In this document: piece after piece, positions 1 to 12,380 of the stretch
How positions within the stretch are numbered: position 1 is the stretch's first letter
How the letters are laid out: the number at the start of each line of letters is the position of its first letter
Assembly (NCBI GenBank): GCA_977016875.1
Contig: CDRNST010000143.1
Location: 186,001 to 250,000, forward strand
Length of the DNA stretch: 64,000 bases
Direction: 5' to 3'
Source: Pavona decussata
Taxonomy: Eukaryota
Notes under the pieces: model-generated
What the model saw: only the letters and a program-made list of their open reading frames with translations
Database searches by the model: none
Told to the model about the DNA's origin: nothing
Position numbers and translations under genes: made by a program

Positions 1-820
1 TATAGTCAAAAGTTAGCATTTGCCTTGTTTAGTACTCCTGTCTGTACGTTAAAATTTATTTTTTTCCTTTCAATTGACAAGTTTTCTTGTTCAACAACGG
101 GTACAGCAGTTTTAAGGACCCTTTACGGGAAAATTTGTTCACATTTTAAGCACCTACAAAGAAAGATTTCTAAAGACGTGTGTATAATTCACTTTTTACC
201 ATGGATACATCAAGTCACGTGAACAACGACTTCTTATAGAAACTGCTGGCGGATAAATATTAGGAAAAGTTACGAAGTTTTTTGCTTTCATATTTAAAAA
301 AAAAACACGTTATGAATGCTTAGATTCATCGCAGGCTCTTCCCTACCCACCCACTCCTCCTTCCTCACCCACCAGTCTGCCTGAATGCAGTTAAAGCTTT
401 CGGTTTTTACTTTCCTTTGTTTCTCCTCAGGTTGTTTCTGTTGAGGATGTGAACATGCCACTCTACGTAACAGTATCATTGATGTTTCCACCGTCTTAAG
501 ACATCAACACTGGAATTAACCCTGTACATGAAATGTATATAGATTCCTCGCTTCTGTGAAGTGCCTTTTGTACAATTGTTTACAGAATTCTTATTTGTCA
601 ATGGTGTACTTACGACCGAACACGACATTGTGTACCGGTATATCTTTTCACAGGAATGAATAAATTGTGTGCTTTTACTAACTCAGCCAACTTATTGTGT
701 ACCAGTGACTGCGCTTGTAAGGACCACGCCAACAAATTGCATGGCATGAAAGTAAAGTTTGGGCGGTGTACGTTGCGACAAATTTCATATTTCCTTTCCC
801 CCATTTAACCCATTTCCCTC

Positions 821-885
821 GCGGCTTCGCTGCTCGTTTGTCCAACTTTCGCATTCACGCAACATCCCGCCAGCTACGCAGGCTA
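821..885. mobile_element. Orphan right end of a TA-flanked MITE (…CCGCCAGCTACGCAGGC-TA)
   Basis: Ends in the same CGCAGGCTA terminus as the hairpin element at 982-1042; no matching left end seen. Confidence 0.45.
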
Positions 886-981
886 GGGTTTTTATTTTGT
901 TTTGTGTTTTTGCCAAGTTAAGTATCCTTATAGTAGTATTAAGTGATAGTAGGGAAACCGGTTGAAGTCACGCGAAGCTTT

Positions 982-1042
982 TAGCCTGCGAGCAAGCTCT
1001 CTTGGGGGTGGCCCACCTCCAAGAGAGCTTGCTCGCAGGCTA
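982..1042. mobile_element. 61-bp fold-back element / minimal TA-flanked MITE
   Basis: TAGCCTGCGAGCAAGCTCTCTTGGGGGTGG-C-CCACCTCCAAGAGAGCTTGCTCGCAGGCTA: 30-bp arms with a single G/T mismatch, TA at both ends. Confidence 0.8.
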
Positions 1043-1964
1043 GAAAGCTTTGGGCGAACGTCTTGGAAGCGTGCAACAACAACCAAAAAGAAAATGAATA
1101 AAACACACATTTCTGGTGTTCCTGTGGACGAAGACGTTGCCTATTGATTAGGAAGAAACTGGTTCTTCAAGCTTATTAATTAAGGCCTGTTTCCCTTGAT
1201 ATGTATAGTTTTTTTTTGGGGGGGGGGAGGGGGGATTAGGGGGGTGGGTGATGGTCTATAATATAGAAAATAATAACTACATGTACCTCCCAGTTAGGAA
1301 TTTGAGGAACTTTTGATATTTTAATCACGTGATTAACCACACCTACATATATATATATCTATATTTTTAACTATCTTTTGAGGCGAAATTTAGTTAGCGA
1401 AGAATTTGAGACAATGTCATGTCACAGTAGAGTCTTCTGGTCTGAAGGATGACAACAAGCCGGCCACAATCACTTGCTTTTAATTGGAACGCCGATCGAA
1501 ATGTAACAAATCTTCTTAGCTTAGGGTGTATCTTTTATTTCCATTCGTGACCAAAAGCGCTGTTACCCTTTGTATGATTGCTATGATTATTTTGTTCTAA
1601 AAAGGCTTTGCAGGATTTTTTTTTGGGGGGGAGGGGGGATATTTGTCCAACTTTACCCACCCTCCGCTCCCAAAAAATAAATTAAAATAAATTAAAATGG
1701 TATGTTCCTTCGAGAGGTGAATGCCATGATATCAAAAACTCTGCAGATTCGATTCTTAACTGCAACTGAATTGCACATGATAGACGTGATGCAACGTACA
1801 AATTAAGCTTATGAGCCTCATGCATGTATGTGTCGCATTCCGACCGATCGCGTTGAACGTAATTCAAGCAGTTACATCAGCCCGATAACCTTACGGTTGG
1901 AGGGGGGGCATTCAACGGGAGGCCCTCCTGGTGGTTCAATTCTTACCCTTTTCCTTAATACACA

Positions 1965-2302
1965 CCCAGAAAATTAAGGATAACCTGGACTGCCAGCTGC
2001 ACTGCCTGCTCCCTAGCATGCGTTCTGAGTGCCACTCCTACAATCTTAGGAACAATGCCAGTTATAGCCATTTCAAGTATAGAACAAATCGTTTCGGAAT
2101 GAGTTTTTTTCCTGCAATGGCGAAAACATCGTAGAATCACATATGATTATTAATTCATTATTTCCTTAGCATCTTACAGTAAATGGAATTGTAAATAGCT
2201 TTTTATATTGACTTCTTGTAATCCCAGTCCCTACGAACAATTGTAATATATTATCTTATTAATTGTAAACACATTGTATTTCATTTTATATGCTATAATG
2301 TG
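1965..2302 (+). mobile_element. 3' fragment of a CR1/L2-group LINE (ORF2 C-terminus plus 3' UTR), running into the gap
   Basis: Peptide LHCLLP…HSYNLRN…RTNRFGMSFFP (stop at 2134) matches the typical C-terminus of CR1/L2-group RT proteins, followed by an AT-rich 3' UTR. The 5' boundary is approximate. Confidence 0.75.
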
Positions 2303-2435
2303 NNNNNNNNNNNNNNNNNNNNNNNNNNNNNNNNNNNNNNNNNNNNNNNNNNNNNNNNNNNNNNNNNNNNNNNNNNNNNNNNNNNNNNNNNNNNNNNNNN
2401 NNNNNNNNNNNNNNNNNNNNNNNNNNNNNNNNNNN
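2303..2435. other. Assembly gap (133 N)
   Basis: Run of N. Confidence 1.
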
Positions 2436-4119
2436 AAATTATACCCCGGCCCTTTCACCTCACAGATGAGCGCAAGACTTATTTTCCGGTGGCAAGCGTA
2501 ATCTTGACGTGGTAGGTTTCCGGCTGCTCAGGTTTTGTTACCCTTTTTTGGATTACCACCCTCTCCGTGCATAGTCTATTTTCCGATGCTTAAAAATACT
2601 AAAACTTTACATCTCGTTTAACCTTTCATTCACTAAGAAGGTGGAGCCTCCACGTATAACCCACTATACAGGCCCCTCCTTCACCCCGCCCCCTCCCATA
2701 CCCGGGCAATAACCCCGCTGCTCAACAAGTAGTGCACCTTAGATATGTTACTTGTAATATTGGTTTGGTAAGTGGCTTTAAAAGGTTGTAGAACGGATTC
2801 AAGAGTCGAGAGTACAGTTTCAAAAAATTTCTAATTTTAATTGTGCACTGTATGACCTGTCTATTTTTGAAAAGGTATAAAACGTACATTCCAAGTGGAT
2901 AGCATTTGACGTATGTTGAAAGCTTTCAGACCCCTGTAGTTTTTCACGGGCCGAAGTAGGTCCTAGCCTAAAGCCCCAATTAATTTTTGATCCCTCTAGT
3001 GACTTTTTGGACTTTGGTGATCCAACTTCTTTGCGAAACCACGAGGCGATGTAAAGCAGAGCAAGCCACCGCCAGTTGTCATATAAATTTTACGTGCTAC
3101 CGAGTCATATTTAGCTCATGGTGGGCCACAAAGGTCACAGCGCTTAGGAAAGCTGACGAGAATCTTGAAATCTCGACTTGTCAAGTTCTTCCTGGTTTTT
3201 GACATTTGAACATACAAGCATTTCCTGTCGGCATATCGCGGGGTCTCATCACTCATGTACCAAGCGCGCGCAAACTTCCCGCGCTCAAACTTTCGAGCAA
3301 TCAGAACTCGCGACGGAAACGTAACAATCGCATGTGTAACACTCGACAACAAGACGCGCAGTTGAAGCCGCGGCAGAGTTCCGCATGCATTTGCAGTTTG
3401 GTAGCAGAGTTTCTGGTGCTTTTTTGCCTTCCATCGTAATTTGAAGTTATGGGTCTCTTACACTCGCATGGTCTGGTACAAAAGAAACGTTTGGAATTGA
3501 TACCGAAAGGTCGACTGCGCTATTTGGGCAAAAATGGCTTTCGGTTAATTTACGACCGTGTTGTCACGTCTGTTGGTCGGACGAGGTGAGTATTCATTTG
3601 CTTTTAATATTAGCTCAGTAACTCCTCTACTCTCCTTCCCAGTCGCTGTTTCTGATGAAAGGTAATGTTTTGAATAACTTCCTTGTGACACGAAGAAAAA
3701 AGGCCTCGAAATTCTGTATTTTTTTTATCTGAAATTCCGAAGGCGAATGTAAGTGGCTTATTGCTCTTAATTCGTTGTTGGTTTGCCAAGATATATTTTT
3801 AAGAACCTTTAATATGTTTATCCAGCCGGTGTTTCGGTTAATTACCCTTCTTAACATTTAAATAACCATTTGGTTTTGTTGTTTATGTTCACTAAGCAAT
3901 TTGTGCAATTTTTCCTGGATACATTTTTTTTGCCACATGAGTTCTTCAAAGCCATTCCCATGGGAGCAGGTAGGTGGTAGGGTGGGCGCCAGGGGACAGG
4001 TTTGGGTCACTCGTTTTGCTTGCATGCCCAGTTCAGTATTCATTTTCTCACTCTAGGTACAATAACCTGGTTGCACCATGCTGACAAAATTTGTTGTGCT
4101 CACTCATACATATGACTCT

Positions 4120-4448
4120 AGATGTGTGGTTTAGTGATTTGGACATAATTGATCAGATTTCGTTTATAATGGTTGGTTTCTTGAGGGTAGGTTGGTCTCT
4201 GCATTGCTGTTCTCTTTCCACAGACTCAATTTAACTGCACATTGTGTCTTTCGACCCAGGTTCATATTGGTGGTGACTTTGCAATGGAATGGCTTGATCC
4301 AGGGGAGAAATATTATTATAATACTCCCATAGTTACTTCATTCATGGGTAATCTGTGATAGACTAGCGTCGCATTTGGGGGGAAGTAAAAATGCTTTTAG
4401 TTTCTCCACGCTACGCTGGTGGCCCAGTTTGACTAATTACCTTTACCA
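4120..4448 (+). mobile_element. Highly decayed tRNA-derived SINE remnant
   Basis: Recognisable SINE body motifs (GACCCAGG…, GATCCAGGGGAG…ATACTCC…GTTACTTCAT, a second GATAGACTAGCGTCGCATTTGGGGGAAGTA copy) and an ACCTTTACC tail; recognised from memory of cnidarian SINEs. Confidence 0.45.
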
Positions 4449-5336
4449 TCTAAAATCAGTAAAGATTTTGCAGAATTCTGGCCTTGTATGCTTACAATAA
4501 AATTATTTTGGAAACACTTTTGCATTTTCTGATACTGCAACTGGCAAACCAATCACATTACTTCTAATTAAAGTGAGGGCAAATTAAATTTTGCATAATT
4601 TATACTTGTGTAGGCTGTAGAAATTTAGTGAGATGTTTGGACTCAACTCATACTAATGAGTCAGATGGCAAACATAATCATTGGAATTTGCTTAATTGTG
4701 CCTGGATCAGGGTCTTAAGAACAAGGAGATCAGCTCTGAAACTGATCTGTCAAACATGAGGCCTGGGAAGTCAGCAGGGCACACATGTTAGCTTATACAA
4801 GTAAAATCTATTTTTCAGGTTGTCATCTGTTATTGGTGGTAAGAAAAGAGGAATTTGCAATAGAGGATAAATCTGCCAGGTACCTGTCATGTTTGTTAAC
4901 TTGAAATGGGATCTTTATGCAATTCTTGCCACATTTATGGTTGTGTGCATGCCTACAATGTATTTTTTACAGTTTTTTACAGCTTAGTATTTGTCGTCCA
5001 TCCAGAATCAAAAGTCAGCATTATAGTTCCTCTTGATTCTGGCATATTGACTTTTTCAGTTTACTGGAACCTTTAGCTTTGTCATTTTTATTTGTGTATA
5101 GTACATGTAGCAGTTTGTAAACTTGTCTTGCTTTGCTTTTTGCATGATATTGATATTGCACTCTTCTAACATGTAATTTGTTAAGCAATCAATTTTAGTT
5201 TTCTATCATTAATAACATTATTTCACATCAGTTTTAGTCGAACATTTTCTGTACCAGCTGTCATTGAAATGCCCTTCGATGAAAAAATGCCAGCTTTTTT
5301 AATCTCAAGGAACATCTTGTAAATACCAGTAAACTA

Positions 5337-5420
5337 GGGTGTCTCTAAAACGAAGACCTCTAAAATGAAGACCCTAAGACCCTAAGACCCCGAAAACTCG
5401 AAAACGAAGACCCCCAAAAC
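5337..5420. repeat. Array of AAAACGAAGACC / TAAGACCC units, probably the subterminal repeats of a DNA transposon end
   Basis: GGGTGTCTCTAAAACGAAGACCTCTAAAATGAAGACCCTAAGACCCTAAGACCCCGAAAACTCGAAAACGAAGACCCCC seen directly; no partner end found. Confidence 0.6.
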
Positions 5421-6099
5421 ATTCGTCAAGTGAAATTTAATTCCTTCCTCTGGTCTGGTTATCCGCCATCTTGAGCTGAGTAACTGCGCTCCCATGGAAT
5501 ACTGACCTGAAGTGCGCTTCCCGCTCCACTGGACCGGAAGCGTGTTTCCGAATGTCGCAGTTGCGCTGCTGGGTTTTTATTTAATTACCAACTAGCAAAG
5601 AAACAAGTGTTAAATCCCTCCTTCTCGGAATTACAACCCTGGATTGTGGGAGCAGAAGAAATGAGGCCTAGGCTTTCTATTATGAATTAGTTGCTTTAAA
5701 GTTGCTGTAATGATTTTGAGGTTCTTCAATCCCAAGTGTCGATTCCTATTTTCAACAAAATTCATCAGCGTCCCCGTAAAATGTACCCTTTTTGCTCATA
5801 TTTCTATAACCTATCCCAGACTTACCTGATTGAGACCATACCCTTCACAGTGGCTCAGATTCTATGCTATGGCATTTTATGGTAGCTTTTCCGAGGAAAA
5901 ATGCGATTCAGTGGTACGTCTTACATGATATTAAATTTATTTTCATGCAAAAAGTGAAGCGTGATAAAATATTGCGTAGATCCTCGCAAACTGGAAAGAA
6001 AATGGGAAAGAAACATTCCTCTACTCAAAAGTTTCTCTTTCTGCATGGCACAGCTGGATCTTGGGCTCTAAGCTGTGCTGGTTCAGGACTTTCAAATTT

Positions 6100-7420
6100 G
6101 TTGAAGTCTAATAAATGCTCCTCTGGCCTTGCTGAACCTTGCCTTGATGACTTTGATTGTCTTCTTGAGCTCCCCTGTCCTTGTTAGTGATGCTGTTCAG
6201 ATATATAAAGTCATCATCAGACTCCAAATCTGTACCATCCAGTGACAGAGGATTACATGTAGGAGGTGTTCATCTGGCTGACACACAGACCAGTTGCTTT
6301 GTGTATAATTGTGTAGCCTGACTGTTGCCTCTTTTTAGATATAGGTTTAGTTGACTAGCATAGTCAAAGACATTTCGCAAAGATATTAGCCAGAATATGT
6401 TAAAGAATGTTTTAACAGTTTAATAGTTTTGCATGTAGGGTCTGTACCTGGTGAATATCTGGTCAACATACCCTCTTCTTCACTGGAAACCTGCCTGTTC
6501 CTCTCACAGTCTGTTCTAAATCATTTCATCAATGTGCCCCTGCCAGTAAAACCTTGCAGAAGACCTTGCTAGCTTGGGATTGAGAGTATAGTGAATTCCT
6601 CTCCAACTGTCGCAGTTTTGTAGGTCCTTTTTTTGGTAGGTTTGCAATGAGGTTAAATCCTCTTCCCATGGACATCGTCATCTGGAGAGTTTGTTAGTAC
6701 CCTCACTTCTGGCTCAGGTCACCCTGCTACCTGCTGCCATTGTTGGTAGAGCATTCCCACTCTTATCCTACACTGGGGCAGACTGGCTTGGGTATGAACC
6801 ATGCAGCTGTTTTTACATCTTATATACCATGCTCATGTCCCCTTGTAATGTGACCTTTTCAGCCTGTTTACTTTTCTCCTCTACTTGGCTTGTTGAGTGC
6901 TGTACTGTTTTGCTTCTCTGTCTTTGCCCTTGTTGGCAGATTTAACATGCTCCATCAACTGGGTGACTTCGTGCTCAGTATTTTCTCTTTCAGCATTTTC
7001 TGTTCATTAGTTTTAGCCTAAGTACAAAATTAACGTACCTGGTGTAATCCATTCTTTATTGCTTCTAATCTTGTGAGAGCTGAGAACCTTCGTTGCAGTC
7101 TCCATGTAGGCACTTTTCTTGTCATCCCATTTCTTGCTAAGGCCTGAGGCTCATCATCTCCAGTGGTGGCCAGAACACTAAAGCAATTTCTGAGCTCCGG
7201 GATAAAGTCCTTCTTTACTTCAGGTGACTTTAGTCTGGTCACTCTGGTCTGGTCAAGTGGGTTTCATTGCTTGGTCACTGATCTTGCCTGTCAGAATTTC
7301 AGCTTATGGTTGCTGTAACTACCGATGGTGGGTGCTACTACAATGTGTAGTATCTGCTAAGATTGCCACCATTTATTTATTATTGTCTCAGACCCGTGCA
7401 GCACAGTGGTCATGTCTTTA
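6100..7420 (-). mobile_element. Degenerate RTE-clade LINE remnant (endonuclease-RT linker and parts of RT)
   Basis: Minus-strand broken frames give RLKSPEVKKDFIPELRNCFSVL (7240-7170), GDMSMVYK (about 6830), LPKK…DLQNCDSWRGI and EEQAGF…YVDQIF (6650-6450), and LDGTDLESDDDFIYL (about 6230). All are collinear RTE ORF motifs with many stops and frameshifts; much of the RT core is deleted. Confidence 0.85.
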
Positions 7421-9265
7421 AGTATTAATAAGCAGATTAAACCTGACTATTTAAAGGCTTTCCCAGAAAAGTCAATTAAGCTACAAGACCAGAAGATGGG
7501 GGATCAGGGTTTCTATTTCTCTCCTGCAAAAGCACAACAAGAACAAGAATGATAAAACGTTATTTAGACTGGATGTAGCCCAGTCAACTGCAGGCCTCAT
7601 ATCCATGTGCATGCAGGCTTCGTGTAAATACGGCGCTGTACCCAAAAGTAAGTTCAAAAAATACACAAGTGACAACTATAATAACTTAGCTTGAAATTTC
7701 TTTTGCAAAAGATATTTGTAGGCAGTATCGTGATGGAGAGGTTTAAATTAGAAATGATATACTTGAAGTTCATGTGCACTTTTGGGTCTGCCAGTTTTGA
7801 AAAATGTTTTTTCCAATCAGTCTGCTTCTTTCATGCCACAGTCTCTTTGCCAATTTTCCTACAAAGCAAGGTCTTTCACTCTTTGTTGTGATGAGCTTTC
7901 TGTGGAGATGAGTCAACCAGAAAAAAATACCAAATACTAGTCAAGGTGGGCTTTTGTGGTAGGGTACATGTGGGACATTAGCTGTCAGAGTTTGAGCCCT
8001 GCTGAGTTAAGCTCTTTTCTGCATGTTACAATTTTGTGCTGCATTTATATTTGTCAGAATTAATGATGGTGACTACATGTTAATGGGCTGTTGCATGACA
8101 ACAACAACAACAGGAATAGCAATGACAATAGTTCCAAGAATACTGGTTCAAATTTCTCATTCAAATAACATTTGCAGAGTGCATGCATATATTCTGGGGA
8201 AGGCTTATAATAATTATTGATTGAAATTTACATGTAAAATGGATTTAGTTGAACAAAACATTTAAAAAAATATGGATATTTGTTAAAATTTGTTAATATT
8301 ATAAAGCTCAGTTAACGTATCTGAAAGCTGATCCTTTCTGGATATTGGAGAAGGGTATCACTTTCAAGGATGTTTGTAGCTTGGACTGGAGGGGATTATT
8401 TTCGGAATTCTTGGAATTTCATGGGTTTTTTTTAACTTGATTCCTGTCTAAAAGTTTCCATTTCAGTTACGAAATTCTGGACATTTGACGGCTGCAATTG
8501 ATAGTTCTTTGTTTGTTGACTTTTTCTGTCTGCCACCTCTCCAGCAATTTGCTAGTCACTCAAGTGAAGTCCTGTGTTTAGCACCTAATAGGCCCAGGAG
8601 CTTTCTTTCTCCTGCAAAGACTTGAACCTCTCTACGTGTAAGGTGAACGGATACACACCCAGAACGAGGAGCCTCAGAGCCCGTCACTTCATAGGACATT
8701 TGTTGCCGGCAGAGATGTTGCTCAGTTTTTTTTTTTAATTAAGCCAAAATACACTTTTCGTATTGTATTAGGAAAACCAAGATTGTTTGAAGGAGCACGA
8801 GCAGGTCTGAGATCCTACCAAGGCTAGAATATCCTCTGTTTCCTTAACAGCAGCTGTCTTTAAGAGCCAAGTTGTTTTGCTAATCTCTTTGAACAACTGG
8901 TGTTTCATATGTAACATCTCCTTTAAGGCATCATTTTCAATCAGTTTCTAGTAAACACTATTTTCAGACTCGCCAACATTTCCTACAAAGTACCACAACC
9001 ATTTCATTTACCTATCGCCTGGACAGGCCTTTCAATAACCCAAGCTCCCTCTGCTGATTTACGATAACTATTGATCTACGATAAGCGCCCTTGTGAGGCA
9101 CCATGTATTTATAAACGAATGCCCTTACTCCAACAATCATCCCACTTTTCAGATAAATACCTTTCTTTAATAAACACTCCTTACATTATTACACCAGGGA
9201 CAGCATTGGTAAACAGGTTTAATAATGCCTTTTTATTTTCAGACAGAACAATTTACTTACGTGTC

Positions 9266-9483
9266 TAGCACGGGTTTCAATTGAGCGTCGAAGTAATTTG
9301 GTGATGGCCTTCTAGTTTATTTTGCTTTTGCTTAGCAAAGCTCACACCAATTTCTCAACCAGTGAGAAGGAAAACCAAAACCAATCGTGACTTACTCGCA
9401 CGCGTTTTCCGCGCTCGGTGCCAGTTACATGTATTTGAGTTCTGATTGGTCCATTGTTCTGTTTACATCTGTTGGAATTGTGG
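9266..9483. mobile_element. Fragment of an abundant coral-type non-autonomous repeat/MITE
   Basis: GGTTTCAATTGAGCGTCG … AAAACCAAAACCAATCGTGACTTACTCGCACGCGTTTTCCGCGCT … TTACATGTATTTGAGTTCTGATTGG; family recognised from memory of scleractinian repeats. Confidence 0.6.
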
Positions 9484-12194
9484 TGAGAGCGCAAGAGCCT
9501 CCCTCCCCCCCCCCCCTCCCCCCACACACACGCTGCGAAAAGTTCACATACGTGGAGATTCTGCTTTACACGGGAGCCGAGCCGAGCTAATGTAATCTTG
9601 GACTATGCAAAACAAACGCACACATGAGACTAATTGAATATATTCCAGGTCTTTCATTTAAGTCAGATTATTTATTAACTTTACGGCATTTACGACCGAG
9701 GAAAACTGGTTACCTAGTTTTCTTCGATCGTAAATGGACAATAAAAGGAAAAAAAAGAAAAGAGAAAGAAAAACCAAAAGAACTTGTTGATATCCCCTTT
9801 CAGCCACCATTTGTTTTTTTGCACACTCTGTGGTCATATGCGGACGTCCTCGGAAACAGTTTTTCACGGAAAAGGCTCTTCTAAAAATAAAATTAAACGG
9901 GGAAGGGTTGACTCAAGGGTAGAGCACGTATGGAGGCTCCATGTAGTGGGCTACTGCTTTATAGTATTCTGGGGGCATATTGTGACCAAAAGCTAAGGCT
10001 TCGGAAGACAGACTTTAAGAGGATTTTTTTTTCAGAGCGTTTGATTGCATAATACCATTCGAAAGACGGCTACAAAAACATTTTAAATATACAAGAAAAA
10101 AGGGGGGCCACAACCCCCTTCCCCCCTCTCCCCCTAAATCTGCCCCTAAGTGAGTCGGATTAAAGCAGGAACTCATTTTCAACTGTTTGGTCAGCCCGCT
10201 ATTCTCTTAAGTCGCGTTGAAATCCCTAATCGTAAAAACGCCCTGGCTCCTATAACCTCCTACAAGCGTCTTCTGCGTTTAATAGGATCCTTCCAGATTA
10301 GTTTTTGTATTTAGATTTTAGCTGCAATGGAGCGCTCGTTTATCCATCCACGTACACGTAGATATGCATACTCTGCAGTTTGTATTTTTATGCGCATAAT
10401 GGATAACGCTCACTGCCTACATTACAAACTTGCACAGATTTTATAGAGATCTTCACCGTCTTGGACTATCATCATAATAAATAGTCTGGACCTTTGGACC
10501 CGTGGACCATTGTTTTCTAGACATATCTTTGGAAACAAAATTCGATAGCTAATACTTGGGAAGGGGTGGGGAGAGTGGAAAGTACAACTCCTACGCGAAG
10601 TACCTTTAGACTGTAGGAAAACAGGGAGTTCACGTCCTATTGGAACTGGAGTTTTGCTCTTCAGATTTGTCTTAAACTGTAACTTGAAAGTACATTTTGA
10701 AAACATTTTCAACGAGCGAGATAAAACATAAGTTACCTTTTAATCGTGGATCAGGACATTAGAAACAAAGCTATATTGGATAGATATTAGACTTGTCTTT
10801 TCACTTTGATAGGCGTTAAAGGTGAAAGACCAAACACGACCCCCCAGCTGGTCGCTATATGTATTTAAGCAATCAGAATAGCTTTCCTAAGTAACAGTCT
10901 GAGGTATTTTTCCCCGCTCATCAAAATAAATGTGACAAGACTAGATAGCTTAGCTCGATGTTGACTTTTTGATCTTGAGTGCAAGGCATATGTTGGAGGG
11001 GACGGAAGCCGGCGGACTTATAAACATATGTTGATCTTCCTTTTTCTGTATAGACTATCAAGTTTACTGAATGAAGAATTTGACGTTATCTACTATAGGA
11101 ATGTTCTTTTTGAAGATGGTACCTAAGGATCGGTGGATTTCTGTGTTTGTAGTATATGCCTGCATGGTTAGATTGGTGTCACGGACACAAATGTCTATTA
11201 TGACTATCTGAATGTCGATTAAATGTCTTAGATCCAAGCCTTGGCCCGTTGTACTTAAATGTACCTCCATTGTGTTTACTCCTCTTTTTTTTTTTGAACA
11301 GATATTGGAATCTACAATCATTTGTCTTTTAAATCTCGTACTTTGAAAGTGGGGCAAACATTTTAACCCTCAAATTACTTTGAATCCTCTTTATCAATGG
11401 TAACCTCCATGTTTTCCTTCCTCCCAAATGCATTTTGCATAGGAGTTCCCTGCCCAGTAGAGTAAAGGAAACTACACAACCACCCTTCTCCAAATATTAA
11501 CTGTCGAAAAAAAATTGGTCCGGTCCAAAGGTTCAGACCTTACATTCCTTCACCCCCTTCCACACGCCCAGATCGTTAAAGAAAATTAGTTACTCGCCCG
11601 TCCCTCAGTATAAACTGTCCAAAATTTGGCCCAAAACTACACCTTTCATTTTTAAATCTTTAGTGGACCTCGCTTTGAGAGTCCTTAGAGTCCTTATAAC
11701 CAATTTTTTGCGCCGTAAGATAAAACTTTTTAAGCAAAAGATGCGAAAAACATACATAAATGTGGCTCTGTAGAGGCTTGCACCTTTACGATTTTAAAGT
11801 TTTTGCTCGACTAAAAACAGCAGCTTCGGCGCTTAACGAAAAATCTCTTCCGAATTCCTGGAAAACACCACAAGACAAAATTTGAAAATTAGTCGGTTAA
11901 CCCACTCACTGTCAAAAGCCCTTAAGCCCACTTCTGGAAAAAAAAGAAAATTAGATTTTTCAAAATATCAAAGAAAGGACATTATCTGTCGTTAAAATGC
12001 TGCGGAATAACTTATATGGATAAGAATAAAATAACTTTAGTCTTGCACGATAAACTCTTTAAGGCTTGCCTGAAAATATCGTCACCCAATCTAATGGTGG
12101 TACAGTCAAGTTGAATTTTTAAATTTTACCCGATGTGGTACAAGCTGTCTGCACAGTCTTTATCATTTAAAATATTTGACCTTACTTAAAAAAA

Positions 12195-12380
12195 ACCACC
12201 TTGTTCAGAATAATAAACAGTACTACAGCAAAGTACTGCTCGATAGCTTTCATGTGAAGGGTCACCCTTTAGGATTTTGTACACGGACTTAGATTTCATC
12301 AACTACCTTACACAGCGTAATTGACAGTACCAGAGGGAAGTACTGTTCGACAGAGCAGAACTTGCATGGATTTTGTCCGC
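12195..12380 (+). repeat. Copy (about 1.7 units) of a dispersed ~100-bp-unit repeat (ATAAACAGTAC…AAAGTACTGCTC…AGCTTTCA…GGTCAC…AGGATTT)
   Basis: Same motif chain recurs at about 18885-19025, 22428-22680 (reverse), 39622-39845 and 47635-47760. Confidence 0.7.

Noticed and set aside
928-1147. Two opposite-strand ORFs sharing SLRASSLGGGPPPRELARRL
   Set aside because: By-product of the 982-1042 palindrome, not coding.
2231-2515. ORFs containing long X runs
   Set aside because: They span the assembly gap.
5337-10526. Pairing the 5337 terminus with GTTTTCTAGACA near 10512 as one element
   Set aside because: Weak inverted match, different subterminal repeats, no TSD.
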